The notes: generated by a model not told the origin, from the letters alone. Positions 32,239 to 42,322 are shown, numbered from the stretch's first letter. The stretch is 64,000 nucleotides of DNA from Candidatus Bathyarchaeota archaeon (GCA_963772455.1 CAVYXJ010000010.1:224001-288000); one strand, 5' to 3'. Translations and numbers: made by a program.

Positions 32239-33435
32239 ATGACGCATAAAGTCTGCTTCATCACGCCTGAGTACTGGCCGCTCTCTGGCGGAACAGGTGC
32301 GTACGTTTACTACCTCTCAAACGAACTCATGAAGAACGGCTACAGAATCCAAATCGTCACGGGGTCAAATCAAACCCAAGACATCCAAGTCAATCCACAG
32401 CTCGACGTTTCTTTCCTGAAAATCCCCAAGATCCCAGTCGTTAAATCTTTTATGCTTGCAGCCGCCAGCAGTCGCAAACTAAGCAGTATTCGCAGCACGG
32501 CCAATGTGGACATTACTCATCCACAGTTGCCCTTAACGCCCAACTTTGCAGTTCCGCCCAGCTTCGGCAAAGCCCTCATCTGCACTGTTCACTCCACATG
32601 GAAAGGCGAAGCTGAAGCCATCCGCGGCGAACCCTACAGCCGCCTCAACGCGAACGAAAAGTTCCTTGTAAGTTTTAATTGGTTTTTGCGGTTCTTCGAA
32701 GAAGGTATGCTTTCAAGGGCACGCAAGATTATTGCTGTTAGCAACTTCACGAAATGGGAGCTCACAAACTACTACAAGATTCCGGCCCACAAAATTCAAG
32801 TTATCCACAACGGCGTGGACATTAAAAAGTTCCAGCCAGCCGTCGACAAAAGAAAAGTCAAGGTGGCGATGGGGCTTAACCCCGATGACTTAGCCATTGT
32901 CTCGGTTGGGCGTCTTTATGCCCGTAAAGGGCTCTTTACCCTAATCGAATCCATGCCCGATGTCATCAAGAAGTTTCCTAAAGCCAAATTCATCGTCAGC
33001 GGCAAAGGACAAAGCGATGAAATGCACAAACTCAACGCTTACGCTGAGCGTTTAGGAGTCAGAGGCAACATTGTCTTCACAGGTTACACTCCCGATCGAG
33101 AATTGCCAAAACTCTACCAAGCTGCAGACGTTTTCGCTTTTAGCACCTTCTATGAGCATCACCCGTTTGCCGTGTTGGAAGCATTGGCAACAGGCTTGCC
33201 TGTGGTCACCACCACCGTGGGGGGTATTCCCGAAACTATCGACAGCGGTAAAAACGGTTATCTGGTTGAGCCTTTTAACCCGCGGCAATTTAGTGAAAAA
33301 ATCCTGCGCTTACTCGAGAATCCCGCTGAGGCACAAGAGATGGGTAAAAAAGCGCGGCAGACCGTGGAGCAGCAGTTGGATTGGCGTATTGTAGTTAAAG
33401 AAGCCATGAAGGTTTATGATAAAGTGCTAGAATAA
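32239..33435 (+). CDS. Glycosyltransferase family 4
   Basis: PEYWPLSGG, IHNGVD, VGRLYARKG, EHHPFAVLEALATGLPVV. Confidence 0.9.
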   Translation: MTHKVCFITPEYWPLSGGTGAYVYYLSNELMKNGYRIQIVTGSNQTQDIQVNPQLDVSFLKIPKIPVVKSFMLAAASSRKLSSIRSTANVDITHPQLPLTPNFAVPPSFGKALICTVHSTWKGEAEAIRGEPYSRLNANEKFLVSFNWFLRFFEEGMLSRARKIIAVSNFTKWELTNYYKIPAHKIQVIHNGVDIKKFQPAVDKRKVKVAMGLNPDDLAIVSVGRLYARKGLFTLIESMPDVIKKFPKAKFIVSGKGQSDEMHKLNAYAERLGVRGNIVFTGYTPDRELPKLYQAADVFAFSTFYEHHPFAVLEALATGLPVVTTTVGGIPETIDSGKNGYLVEPFNPRQFSEKILRLLENPAEAQEMGKKARQTVEQQLDWRIVVKEAMKVYDKVLE

Positions 33436-33536
33436 TCCTAAGTTCCGGCAGACCAGACACTGACAGAATTGACAAAAGCATGTTAATAATGTTTAAGGGC
33501 ATTCTTCCTGCTTTGATAGCCGGTTGGTTATTTCGT

Positions 33537-34115
33537 TTGAGGGGTAAGTTATGGTCAATCGAGCAAGAGCGGCAACTTCGAAAGCTCGTCGCAGAGGGAG
33601 TTGGTATTGCCGAGATTTCTAATGTTATGGGTAAGACGCGTGTTTCTGTGAGGTCTAAAATGTACCATTTAGGTTTGACTGTAGTTGATGCAGCAGCAGT
33701 TTCCCCGACTGTTGCTGTATCAGTTGCATCAATTGCATCAGTTGCATCAACTCCTGAACCCATTATCGACCATGCACCCCTTGATCATGTCCCCTCTCAG
33801 GTTCCAATTATAGACCATCAACCCACTGTTAGCTCTGCATCTGCGCCTTGTCATAGTGAGGTTGACGCCGTTGCAGCTCAAGTCAAGGAGAATGCACCTT
33901 TGCCTACCATTGAGGAGCAGCTTCATGTTTTGAACGCTGCGATACTAGAATTGCGAAGGCCAGGTATTAGCCGGGCTGAAGTTGCAAGGAACTCAAAGAT
34001 TATTGATGGCGTAAAAGTCTACAATGAACTTTTCGCTAAATTTGTCGATTACCGAGGGCTCGAAACTAAAGTCTTGGAGTTAGAAAAACGGCTTGCCAAC
34101 GAAAAAAACCCGTAA
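33537..34115 (+). CDS. HTH-containing protein with low-complexity linker and C-terminal coiled coil; candidate terminase small subunit
   Basis: TTG start, RGKLWSIEQERQLRKLV…EISNVMGKTRVSVRSKMYHLGL HTH; 9-bp repeats (VAS/IAS) at about 33711-33749; overlaps the terminase gene. Confidence 0.55.
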   Translation: MRGKLWSIEQERQLRKLVAEGVGIAEISNVMGKTRVSVRSKMYHLGLTVVDAAAVSPTVAVSVASIASVASTPEPIIDHAPLDHVPSQVPIIDHQPTVSSASAPCHSEVDAVAAQVKENAPLPTIEEQLHVLNAAILELRRPGISRAEVARNSKIIDGVKVYNELFAKFVDYRGLETKVLELEKRLANEKNP

Positions 34116-35553
34116 TGTGCAGAGTCGTCGCAGATTCAACGCCAAAGAGATCCAAGCGCACTGGCAAAACCTGGACGAAGCATACAGAATTCGCCAGCAA
34201 GCCACACACGCAAAAATCGAAGCAGTTAAGGGTGACACGGCAGCGTTCTTCCAGCAAATCTGCCGCCTAAAATCCTTCAGCTACCAGTTGGAACTCGCAA
34301 AACTGTACCGTGAAAACCAGTTTTTGGCAGTTAGGTGGCCAAGGCAGACAGGCAAGAGCACTTCAATCGGTGGGTTGCTTTTGCAGGATGCCTACGAGAA
34401 CCCTGATCTAAACATTGGTTTTATTGGTCCAAGTTGGCGCCAAACTAAACGGAATCTTCGGCTGGTAGCGGGTTTTTGCCGCAACCTTCCCCAAGGAAGC
34501 TGCCATATCCAGAAAACCAGAATTAGCTTCAAAAATGGCTCAGTCATCGAAGCCTTCCCTAATAATTCTGATACAATCAGGGGCAACACATTTCATCGAC
34601 TTTGGTGGGATGAAACCAATTTTACAGCAGGAGATGAAGACCTCTACGACGCCATCCTATTTACTTTGACCACTACAAACGGCAAGTTAATAGCGAGTAG
34701 CACACCGTTTAATCGTGATTCACTATTCTGGAAAATGTGTAACCACAAGAACTATGCAGATTTTGTTAAGCAACATTTCAGCTGGGAGAAAGCTCTGGAT
34801 CCTTTGGGACCTTTGTATCCTGAGATGGTTGAACGCATCCGTAGGCAGTTTGGGGATGACCCTGCCAGGTGGCGCCGGGAGATGGAGGCTGAGTGGTCAG
34901 AGGACGAAGATGTCTGGTTGCACCAGAGCCTGATTGTTTCTTGTATTGGCACTTCCCAAAACTGTGGAGTTGACCTTGAAGCATTCGATCCGGAAAAAAA
35001 TTATCGTGGCAATTTTTTTGGAGGCTTAGATCTGGCTCAGACACGTGACTTTTGCGTATTTAGCGTAATAGAAAACCTCAACGGCAAACTGTATCTGCGG
35101 TTTTTGAAGATTTTTCATCAACCTACCACATATGCGCATGTTTTGGGATTTATCAAGCAGATTCAAGATCGCTTTGGCGGTTTTGACAAAATCCGTGTTG
35201 ATTATACGCGTGAAGGACCAAGCATCATCGCTGATATGGTAAATTCTGGCATAGATAACGCTGAAGGTGTAACCTTTAGTGTGCCACGAAAAAGCGAGAT
35301 GGCAAGTTTGCTAAAGCAGCGAATGTCAAACAACAAGTTTTTCTATCCACTTCTAAATTGGGAAAAACCCTATCGAGGAGACATCTGCACCGAGTTAAAC
35401 ATTGAACGCTTCGACTTACGCAAAGACGGCACCATAGGCTACTCACACCCCAATGGCACCCACGACGATGTCTTTTGGAGCATAGCATTAGCCGTATACG
35501 CAACAACCGACATGGCACCAGAACAATTCTTAACAGTAATTCCCCGAAGCTGA
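34093..35553 (+). CDS. Terminase large subunit (ATPase plus RNase H-like nuclease)
   Basis: Walker A RWPRQTGKST, IRG…Walker B LWWDE, coupling motif SSTP, REMEAEW, nuclease GGLDLA, DYT and HDD. Confidence 0.88.
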   Translation: MPTKKTRNVQSRRRFNAKEIQAHWQNLDEAYRIRQQATHAKIEAVKGDTAAFFQQICRLKSFSYQLELAKLYRENQFLAVRWPRQTGKSTSIGGLLLQDAYENPDLNIGFIGPSWRQTKRNLRLVAGFCRNLPQGSCHIQKTRISFKNGSVIEAFPNNSDTIRGNTFHRLWWDETNFTAGDEDLYDAILFTLTTTNGKLIASSTPFNRDSLFWKMCNHKNYADFVKQHFSWEKALDPLGPLYPEMVERIRRQFGDDPARWRREMEAEWSEDEDVWLHQSLIVSCIGTSQNCGVDLEAFDPEKNYRGNFFGGLDLAQTRDFCVFSVIENLNGKLYLRFLKIFHQPTTYAHVLGFIKQIQDRFGGFDKIRVDYTREGPSIIADMVNSGIDNAEGVTFSVPRKSEMASLLKQRMSNNKFFYPLLNWEKPYRGDICTELNIERFDLRKDGTIGYSHPNGTHDDVFWSIALAVYATTDMAPEQFLTVIPRS

Positions 35554-35575
35554 GGACTAAGTTAAGGCTAATTAT
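35288..35575 (+). repeat. Direct repeat copy 1 (terminase 3' end plus downstream bases)
   Basis: Matches 36548-36835, including ccccaa(t/c)ggcacccacgacga…ggagcatagcattagccgtatacgcaacaac and gactaagt(t/c)a(a/g)ggctaatta. Confidence 0.9.
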
Positions 35576-35732
35576 TTGGGGTTGGGGCGCCCGTGATACT
35601 AAAAAGTCTTGATAGCTAAATTCTTGCTTACTGATGACCTCTGATACTCTCTTGCATTAAATGAACTCAAATTTCTAACTAGCGATAAAGAATTTGAGAG
35701 GGCTAGTCAGTGTTGAATATTAAGAGACGGTT

Positions 35733-36179
35733 TCATGCTTTCATTTTTCTTGAAGTATCTTTAGGTATCGGATTTTCTAGTATGAGATCGCGCTCTTTGC
35801 AAAGTCTTTCAATATGATGGTCGTTGCTTATGATTACTGATATTTCGTTGATTTCTGCTGTCGCAATCAGGTTTGCATCAAAAGACCTGACCTTGTGAAC
35901 TTTGGCTATCTCCAAGGCTTTTCGGGCGATATCCACAGTTAATGGTAAGAACCTTATTTTTGCGCTTCTTGTTAACCCATCAAGCTTGTATGCGGCTTCC
36001 TCTCTTTCCACCTGATAATCTCCTACGAGGGCATGAAAAGTCTCCAGTAAACTAGTAGTGGCGATTGCTACTCTTGTTTTTCCATGTACGGCACTCTGCA
36101 GAAGCGGCCAACAATATGGGTGAGCATCGTGTTTCTCGAAGAGAGCGTAGGTAAGTATGTCTGCGTCGAGTATTCTCAT
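35733..36179 (-). CDS. VapC-like PIN domain toxin
   Basis: MRILDADILTY…LLE…SFDANLIATA…SNDHH. Confidence 0.88.
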   Translation of the reverse strand: MRILDADILTYALFEKHDAHPYCWPLLQSAVHGKTRVAIATTSLLETFHALVGDYQVEREEAAYKLDGLTRSAKIRFLPLTVDIARKALEIAKVHKVRSFDANLIATAEINEISVIISNDHHIERLCKERDLILENPIPKDTSRKMKA

Positions 36180-36412
36180 CGTTTCCATGCCTTCTCCCTT
36201 GAGAAAGCCTTCTTTCCTGATTCAGGATTTCCTGTTTTGCAGGGCTCTCTTAGAGAACGGATTGCCGAGTCGTCTTCATCGGTCAATGGAATTAGTTCAA
36301 TAGTATTTTCTCGAGCTACTAATTCCAGTTTGCAATCATCTGAAAGGCCATACTTTTCTCTGACTTCTTTTGGTATAACTATTCGTCCTTGTTTGTCAAT
36401 TGCAACTTCCAA
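36176..36412 (-). CDS. AbrB/MazE/SpoVT-family antitoxin
   Basis: IDKQGRIVIPKEVREKYGL; ATGA overlap with the PIN gene. Confidence 0.9.
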   Translation of the reverse strand: MEVAIDKQGRIVIPKEVREKYGLSDDCKLELVARENTIELIPLTDEDDSAIRSLREPCKTGNPESGKKAFSREKAWKR

Positions 36413-36547
36413 GTGGAATCACCATTTACCATTACCACTATTCTTGGATATAGCTTTTAACCTTTACTGTAGACGGAAATCGCGCCCTTCGCAAAGTCGT
36501 AGGAAATGGTGATCGTTGCTTGGAGTTATGGCTTCATTGTATCTCTA

Positions 36548-36813
36548 GCAAAAGCGAAATGGCAAGCCTACTAAAACAACGCATGCAAAACCAACAATTC
36601 CGCTTTCCCCTGCTCACTTGGGAGAAGCCCTACCGAAGCGACATATGCAGTGAACTCAACGTTGAAAAATACCAACTTCGCAAAGATGGCAACATAGGAT
36701 ACAGCCACCCCAACGGCACCCACGACGACGTCTTCTGGAGCATAGCATTAGCCGTATACGCAACAACAGACATGGCGCCTGAACCTTTCTTAACAGTAGT
36801 TCCCCGAAGCTAA
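36548..36813 (+). pseudogene. Second, 5'-truncated terminase large subunit C-terminus (direct repeat copy 2)
   Basis: KSEMASLLKQRM…HPNGTHDDVFWSIALAVYATTDMAPE..LTV.PRS, nearly identical in protein to the end of 34093-35553 but with many synonymous changes. Confidence 0.88.
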
Positions 36814-36840
36814 GACTAAGTCAGGGCTAATTACCTGCGT

Positions 36841-36871
36841 TAGTTGGGCTGCTGGGATTTGAACCTAGGAC
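36841..36871 (-). mobile_element. Degenerate tRNA 3'-end fragment (T-arm plus acceptor), att-like junction
   Basis: Minus strand reads GTCCTAGGTTCAAATCCCAGCAGCCCAACTA: GGTTCAAATCC T-loop, near-paired T-stem and CCA-like end. No 5' half is present. Confidence 0.6.
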
Positions 36872-38705
36872 AATTGAGGCTGACTCTCTGTCAACATCGG
36901 TTCCACGTCCGCCCATGGCAATTCATATATTTGCGGATTTTAAGGCTGGTGCATCATTGACTCCATCACCTGTCATTGCAACAACTTCGCCACTGGCTTT
37001 GAATGCATTGACTATTCGTAACTTTTGTTCTAGGACAACACGTGCAAAGATGTTTACTGTTTTGCATTTTGATTTTAACTCTTCATCGCTCATTAATTCA
37101 AGCTGAGGTCCAGTGATGCAATTCTCGGGAGATCTTAACCCTATTTGACGACCAATATTCTGCGTAGTTAATGGGTAATCTCCAGTAATCATAACTACTC
37201 GAATACCTGCGGCATAACATTCTTTCACTGCGCTGTCTACATTGGGTCGTACAGGATCAGCAAAACCTATGAGTCCTAGAAAGCTAAATTCAAAACCATG
37301 TTGTTCAATGGGTAATTCTGATTTTTTAAATGTGGCTTTTGCTACACCAAGTACCCTGAGGCCGTCTCCTGCTAATGTCTGAACGTTTTCGGACATTTGG
37401 TTAAGTTTTTTCTTGTCAAAGTGACAAAGATCCGCTATTGCTTCTCGAGCACCTTTTGAGGCAATTATGTAGTCTTGTCCATTGGGTGAAACCCAAACGT
37501 TAGACATCGCAAGTAGTTTGTGGGAGAGGGGTACTCCTGTAGTAGTTTCCAATCATCATGGATATGTTCAGATGTTGCGAATTCGCCTTCTGTGAAGGTT
37601 CGGATAGCTTTTTCCATTGAGTCAAACGGATCTTCTTTACATGCTAGAACACTAAATTCCACTAATTCGTTGCAGAGATCAGGTGGTGATTTGGTGTCAA
37701 CCGGTATATTGTATATTTTATCCTCAGCTACAAACTTGCTTACTGACATTTTGTTTTGCGTTAAAGTTCCTGTTTTGTCAACGCACAAAACGGTTGCTCC
37801 GCCAAGATTCTCGATTGCATGTACTTGTCTAGTTAACACATTTTTCTTAGACATACGCCAGGCGCCTAAAGCTAGAAAAATTGTTAGAACAACAGGAAAC
37901 TCTTCCGGCAGAATTGCCATAGCTAACGTGATTCCAGCTAAGATGCCTTCAATCCAGTCAAAACGGGTCAATCCGTAAACAATTATAATTATTGTGCATA
38001 AAGTAAGACCGACCAAGGCACTGTTTCTAACAATATGGCTTATTTCCTTCTTTAGTCTGGTTTCATCTCTCTCAACTTTTTGGAGAACAGTTCCGATTTT
38101 TCCCATCTCAGTTCTTGGACCAGTGCTTTTGACTTCTGCAATAGCTTGACCTTGAATCACTACGGTGCCAGAATAAGCAAAGGGCAAATCGTCGCCCCCT
38201 GATCGATAAGTTTGTTGTTCACCCTTTCAGGCGACTTTTCTGACTGGAATTGATTCTCCCGTTAGAAGTGATTCATCGACCATTAAATTGTTGGATGAAA
38301 GCAAAAGACAGTCTGCTGGGACGCGATCCCCTTCTGATAGAACAATGGTATCTCCGAAAACCACGTCACGCCCGGGTATTCTTTTTTGTTCACCATCCCG
38401 GATTACTACCAATGCTCTTGGACTAGAAATATTTTTTAATGCATCGAGTGCTTTTTCGGTTTTTTGTTCTTGATAGACCGTTATGCCGATTATGACGAAT
38501 ACAAAGCTTAGGAGAACTGCGCCTTCTGTTACATCTCCTAATAGGAAATAAAAGCTACCGCTAGCGATTAGTAATATGAAAATTGGTTCTTTAAGGATAC
38601 TTAAGCCTATTCGGAAAATACTCCGTTTTCCCGAGGCAGGCAATTCATTATAACCTGTTTCTTTCAACCTGGTGGAAGCTTCGTTACTTGAAAGCCCAGT
38701 TATGG
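36866..38705 (-). pseudogene. Cation-transporting P-type ATPase (type II) pseudogene, truncated before the C-terminal membrane helices
   Basis: TGES, PEEFP, DKTGTLT, KGARE, DPVRP, TGD and GDGVNDAP motifs. No start codon, in-frame TGA at 38227 and 36923, frameshift near 37525, ends at …SASIVL at the tRNA-like fragment. Confidence 0.9.
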
Positions 38706-38872
38706 AATTATTTGTTTAGATGTTAATAAGTTGGTAAATGGGACTGATCGTGTTTGTATTTCATGTTGTTTGCCGCTTGTTTTTTTCTTGAGTATGATTG
38801 GTTTTTAGTATCCAATGACAGTTTTGTTGTTATCTCACTGTCTAAGGCGCTGAACTCAACCATAGTTGTTGA

Positions 38873-39403
38873 TTACCCTGCCATCCCACATTTGGGACAT
38901 TTAATTAGTGCTTCATCAAAGACTTCGCGGCAAGATACGCATCTAATTTTTACTATGACCTCTTTTTTCAATTGTTCATGATAATTTCTTTGAGATGAAA
39001 ATATTTCATGCGCATCCATTTTTTGTTTTATTTCTTCAATAAGTTGATCATGATTCAATGAGGATTTTCTTTTAGAGATTACGTTTGAAAGTATCGACAT
39101 AACAATTTCTGCTCCTTCTCCGAAGTCACCTTCTTCGTTGGAGTTTTGTTCTTCGTCGTTTGATGGGTATTTCCATTCAATTGAAAATTCAGTTTTAGCT
39201 TGTAAGGCTACGAAGTAGAATTCGATTTCTCCTTTTTGCATAAAACTTTCTTTGTATTCTACAAGTAAATATGATGATTCAACTGATTTTTTGGTTTTTA
39301 GCTTCTTAAGTCCAATACTTGTCAATACGGTCTGAAGTTTTGAAAATGTTTCTTCAGTATTCTTGGAGGTAATGAACTTTTTTCGTATAGTGGATTGTGA
39401 CAT
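38873..39403 (-). CDS. Hypothetical protein with C-terminal zinc ribbon (paralog of 40686-41147)
   Basis: CVSC…CPKCG tail; shares SYLLVEYKESFMQKGEIEFYFVALQAKTEFSI with the paralog. Confidence 0.7.
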   Translation of the reverse strand: MSQSTIRKKFITSKNTEETFSKLQTVLTSIGLKKLKTKKSVESSYLLVEYKESFMQKGEIEFYFVALQAKTEFSIEWKYPSNDEEQNSNEEGDFGEGAEIVMSILSNVISKRKSSLNHDQLIEEIKQKMDAHEIFSSQRNYHEQLKKEVIVKIRCVSCREVFDEALIKCPKCGMAG

Positions 39404-39645
39404 TTCAATTCACCAATGTACTTTTTTCTTCTTATCCTTGGTTGAGGGTATATGTAATAATTGCTCACTCGGAAGGAGTCTTGCTTAAATCCATTCGAAG
39501 AACCTAATTTGATCAATTGGTAGGTGTCATTGTGTGTCATCTCGAAATAATCAAAATTAAGAGGCGAAATTTGTTCTAAGGTTACTTAATTCAATTCGGA
39601 ACCCATTCAAAGTAGAAGTGCGGCATTTTCACGGAGAAAATTGAT

Positions 39646-40584
39646 TTGACTGAAAATCAGAAAGAGTGGCGTTCACGCTCTAAAGAACAATCGTTAGCTT
39701 ATGGTGGACAAGCACTAATCGAAGGTGTAATGATACGATCCAAAACGCATTTGGTTTCCTGTGTAAGAAATCCTAAAAAAGAAATAGTGACCGATATAAA
39801 ACAAATAAATCCTATTTCGGATAAATATAGGATTTTAGGGTGGCCATTTTTTAGAGGTATGGTAAATATGGTTGAAAGCTTCTTCCTTGGCGTGAAAAGT
39901 TTGATGTTTTCAGCAAGCGCTGCCTTTGAAATTGAAGCCAAAGAAGGAAAAGAACCCGAAAAGATTCAGTTTGGCTGGATGGAAACTACTTTGCTTGTTT
40001 CCGGCGTTTTAGGCATAACAGCTATTTTCTTTTTGGTTCCCTTCCTTTTGTCTACTTGGCTAAAGCTATCTGGTATTGTTTTCAATTTAGTTGAAGCGAT
40101 CATACGTCTGGCTATGTTTGTAGCATACTTATCAGTTATTTCCTTGTGGGGGCAATACAAGCGAGTGTTGATGTATCATGGTGCAGAACATAAAGCAATA
40201 CATGCCCACGAAGCAGGGGCTACTATGGATGTTGAACATGTAAAGAAATACTCGCGACTTCATCCTAGATGCGGCACAAGTTTTCTCTTTATAGTATTAA
40301 TGATTAGCATCATCTTGTTCACTATATTGCCAAACCTCGGCTTTACAACCAATTTTGCGTATCGTCTGTTGCTAATCCCAGTTATCGCCGGAATTTCCTA
40401 TGAGTTGCTGCGATTAAGCGGGAAATATAAAGACTCACCCATTACAAAAATTTTAATCTCCCCTGGTTTAGCATTCCAAAGATTAACTACAAAAGAACCT
40501 TCCGACGATATGATAGAAGTGTCTATCAAAGCAGTTGTTGAAGTAAACAAACTGATTTGTTTGAGTTTGAAGGATAAAAAATAG
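39646..40584 (+). CDS. DUF1385 (YqhQ-like) membrane protein
   Basis: YGGQALIEGVMIR, YHGAEHK, HPRCGTSF, TTKEPSDDMIEV. Confidence 0.88.
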   Translation: MTENQKEWRSRSKEQSLAYGGQALIEGVMIRSKTHLVSCVRNPKKEIVTDIKQINPISDKYRILGWPFFRGMVNMVESFFLGVKSLMFSASAAFEIEAKEGKEPEKIQFGWMETTLLVSGVLGITAIFFLVPFLLSTWLKLSGIVFNLVEAIIRLAMFVAYLSVISLWGQYKRVLMYHGAEHKAIHAHEAGATMDVEHVKKYSRLHPRCGTSFLFIVLMISIILFTILPNLGFTTNFAYRLLLIPVIAGISYELLRLSGKYKDSPITKILISPGLAFQRLTTKEPSDDMIEVSIKAVVEVNKLICLSLKDKK

Positions 40585-40685
40585 AAATAAGTGTAGTCGT
40601 ATGTGTGTTAAAACTTCAGAAGGGTGGAAATGTCTTCAGAACTCACGAGATTTTTCCTTTCCATAAATTCTTGTCTTTAACTATA

Positions 40686-41147
40686 TTAGATTCCACTAAA
40701 CCCGCACTTTGGGCATGTACCTAAGGTTTCCTCATAAGCTTCAAGGCAAGCTCGGCATTTAATTTTCACTGATTCATCTTTTTCGAATTGGTTATCTTCT
40801 AGATTTCTTGAAGAAAACAGCTCTGTGGAATTCATTTTAAGCCTAATTTCTTCTATTTCTTTACAACGAGTTTCTTCATCCTGAGAGGATTGCTTTTTTT
40901 TTGATGGGTAGCTCCAATCAATTGAAAATTCAGTTTTAGCTTGTAAGGCTACGAAGTAGAATTCGATTTCTCCTTTTTGCATAAAACTTTCTTTGTATTC
41001 TACAAGTAAATAGGATGGTTCAACGGATTTTTTGGTTTTAAGATTTTTCAGCCCAATGGTGGTTAGTACTTTCTTTGCTAGAAAAAAGGTTTCTTCAAGA
41101 TTCTTGGAAGTCAAGAAATTTTTTCTTATAGTAACTTGTGAAGACAA
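40686..41147 (-). CDS. Hypothetical protein with C-terminal zinc ribbon (paralog of 38873-39403)
   Basis: CRAC…CPKCG tail; near-identical DNA block at 40915-41040 vs 39174-39300. Confidence 0.7.
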   Translation of the reverse strand: MSSQVTIRKNFLTSKNLEETFFLAKKVLTTIGLKNLKTKKSVEPSYLLVEYKESFMQKGEIEFYFVALQAKTEFSIDWSYPSKKKQSSQDEETRCKEIEEIRLKMNSTELFSSRNLEDNQFEKDESVKIKCRACLEAYEETLGTCPKCGFSGI

Positions 41148-41323
41148 GGGAAATTCACCTATGTGGCCTCTTTTAATGCATTTGTATCAGCTATATGTAA
41201 TGATTGCTCACTCGGAAGGAGGTTGTCTTATATTCAATCAGGACTTATTTTTTGGTTTAAATACGGCTTAAGCTTCAACATTTGTTGGATTTGGAGATTT
41301 AGTCTAGTGAATCGTGAAAACTT

Positions 41324-41995
41324 ATGATGACAGAGGAGAAGGTAGCTTCAAAAATTGCAGAATTAATGGAGACCTTAGACCAAATCAAGAAATACAAAGC
41401 TGTCACAAAATCCTTGAAGAAATTCGGGGTTATAGTCGGAGGCTCGGTAACGGTCTTCTTTGCGATTTTGACATTGTTTGAGGTATTAGAATTTGAGCAT
41501 GTTCTAAATACAACTTCGTTTTTTGTTGTAGCTTTCTTGTCGCTGTTAATTCCGATTACTGGACTGTTCGGTGGGATGTTTTTTATGCGCAAACAAATCA
41601 ATTCAGTAAAAGAAGGGGAATGGAGGCAGGATGTTTCTAAGGGATTTTCCTCTAACCTAAAATTGTTAGTTGATATGAATTGGGATAGAACACTCCAAGA
41701 CATATCTAACGGACGACTTGGATATTCTATCTATGGGCTAATTAAGGTAGGAACGTACATAATTGTTACAGTTTCGGCATTTGAGCTTTTTTGGAACGGG
41801 CTTACCCTTGTTTTGTTTCAAAGTATAGTGTCTGCGGGTGCCATATTTTGGGGTTTGTTTGGGGTTTTGCTTGTGATTGTATTGTTAGCTAATGATCTTG
41901 TGAAGCGTTATAGAGAGTTGCGTGCATTAGATACGCTTGTTTGGGAATTGCGGTGGTTTAGCTTTGAGTTTGGGAGAGCAGAATTCCAAACCTGA
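41324..41995 (+). CDS. Four-TM hypothetical membrane protein
   Basis: 223-aa ORF with four hydrophobic segments; overlaps the downstream wHTH gene. Confidence 0.65.
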   Translation: MMTEEKVASKIAELMETLDQIKKYKAVTKSLKKFGVIVGGSVTVFFAILTLFEVLEFEHVLNTTSFFVVAFLSLLIPITGLFGGMFFMRKQINSVKEGEWRQDVSKGFSSNLKLLVDMNWDRTLQDISNGRLGYSIYGLIKVGTYIIVTVSAFELFWNGLTLVLFQSIVSAGAIFWGLFGVLLVIVLLANDLVKRYRELRALDTLVWELRWFSFEFGRAEFQT

Positions 41996-42260
41996 CCTCT
42001 ATGTCGTCGCTAGAATTATAGAGGCGATTAAGGAGAAAAATAAGCTAAACAGGACCGCTCTGGCTACCTCCACTGGATTAGCTTATGATAGGCTTGTGCG
42101 GTATCTTTCTTGGATGTCTGATAAGGGTTTTGTTAAGATAGATAATGAAGGATTGGTTCACTTAACAAAAGAAGGCGTTCAGGCGTACGATGAGTTGGTT
42201 CGTTGGATTCTAATGCATGTTGGTCAGCTAAAGTTTGGAAGACTTGGACCTAGAACATAG
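41970..42260 (+). CDS. Small winged-HTH protein (archaeal HTH_45-like)
   Basis: KPDLYVVARII…NRTALATSTGLAYDRLVRYLSWM…VHLTKEG; start uncertain (TTG 41964 or 41970). Confidence 0.75.
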   Translation: MGEQNSKPDLYVVARIIEAIKEKNKLNRTALATSTGLAYDRLVRYLSWMSDKGFVKIDNEGLVHLTKEGVQAYDELVRWILMHVGQLKFGRLGPRT

Positions 42261-42322
42261 AACTTGGAAAGAAATGTTTTTGGTGGTTAACTCCTTCGGA
42301 GTGAGTTCGCCTTTTATTCGAT

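Noticed and set aside
36520-36547. ORF-track start MELWLHCISS for a 97-aa protein
   Set aside because: Homology to the terminase begins only at KSEMAS; the start is a chance upstream TTG on a gene fragment
36923-38229. TGA recoding (Sec/Trp/Gly) in the P-type ATPase
   Set aside because: The gene also has a frameshift, no start codon and a truncation, and TGA ends many normal genes here, so this is ordinary decay
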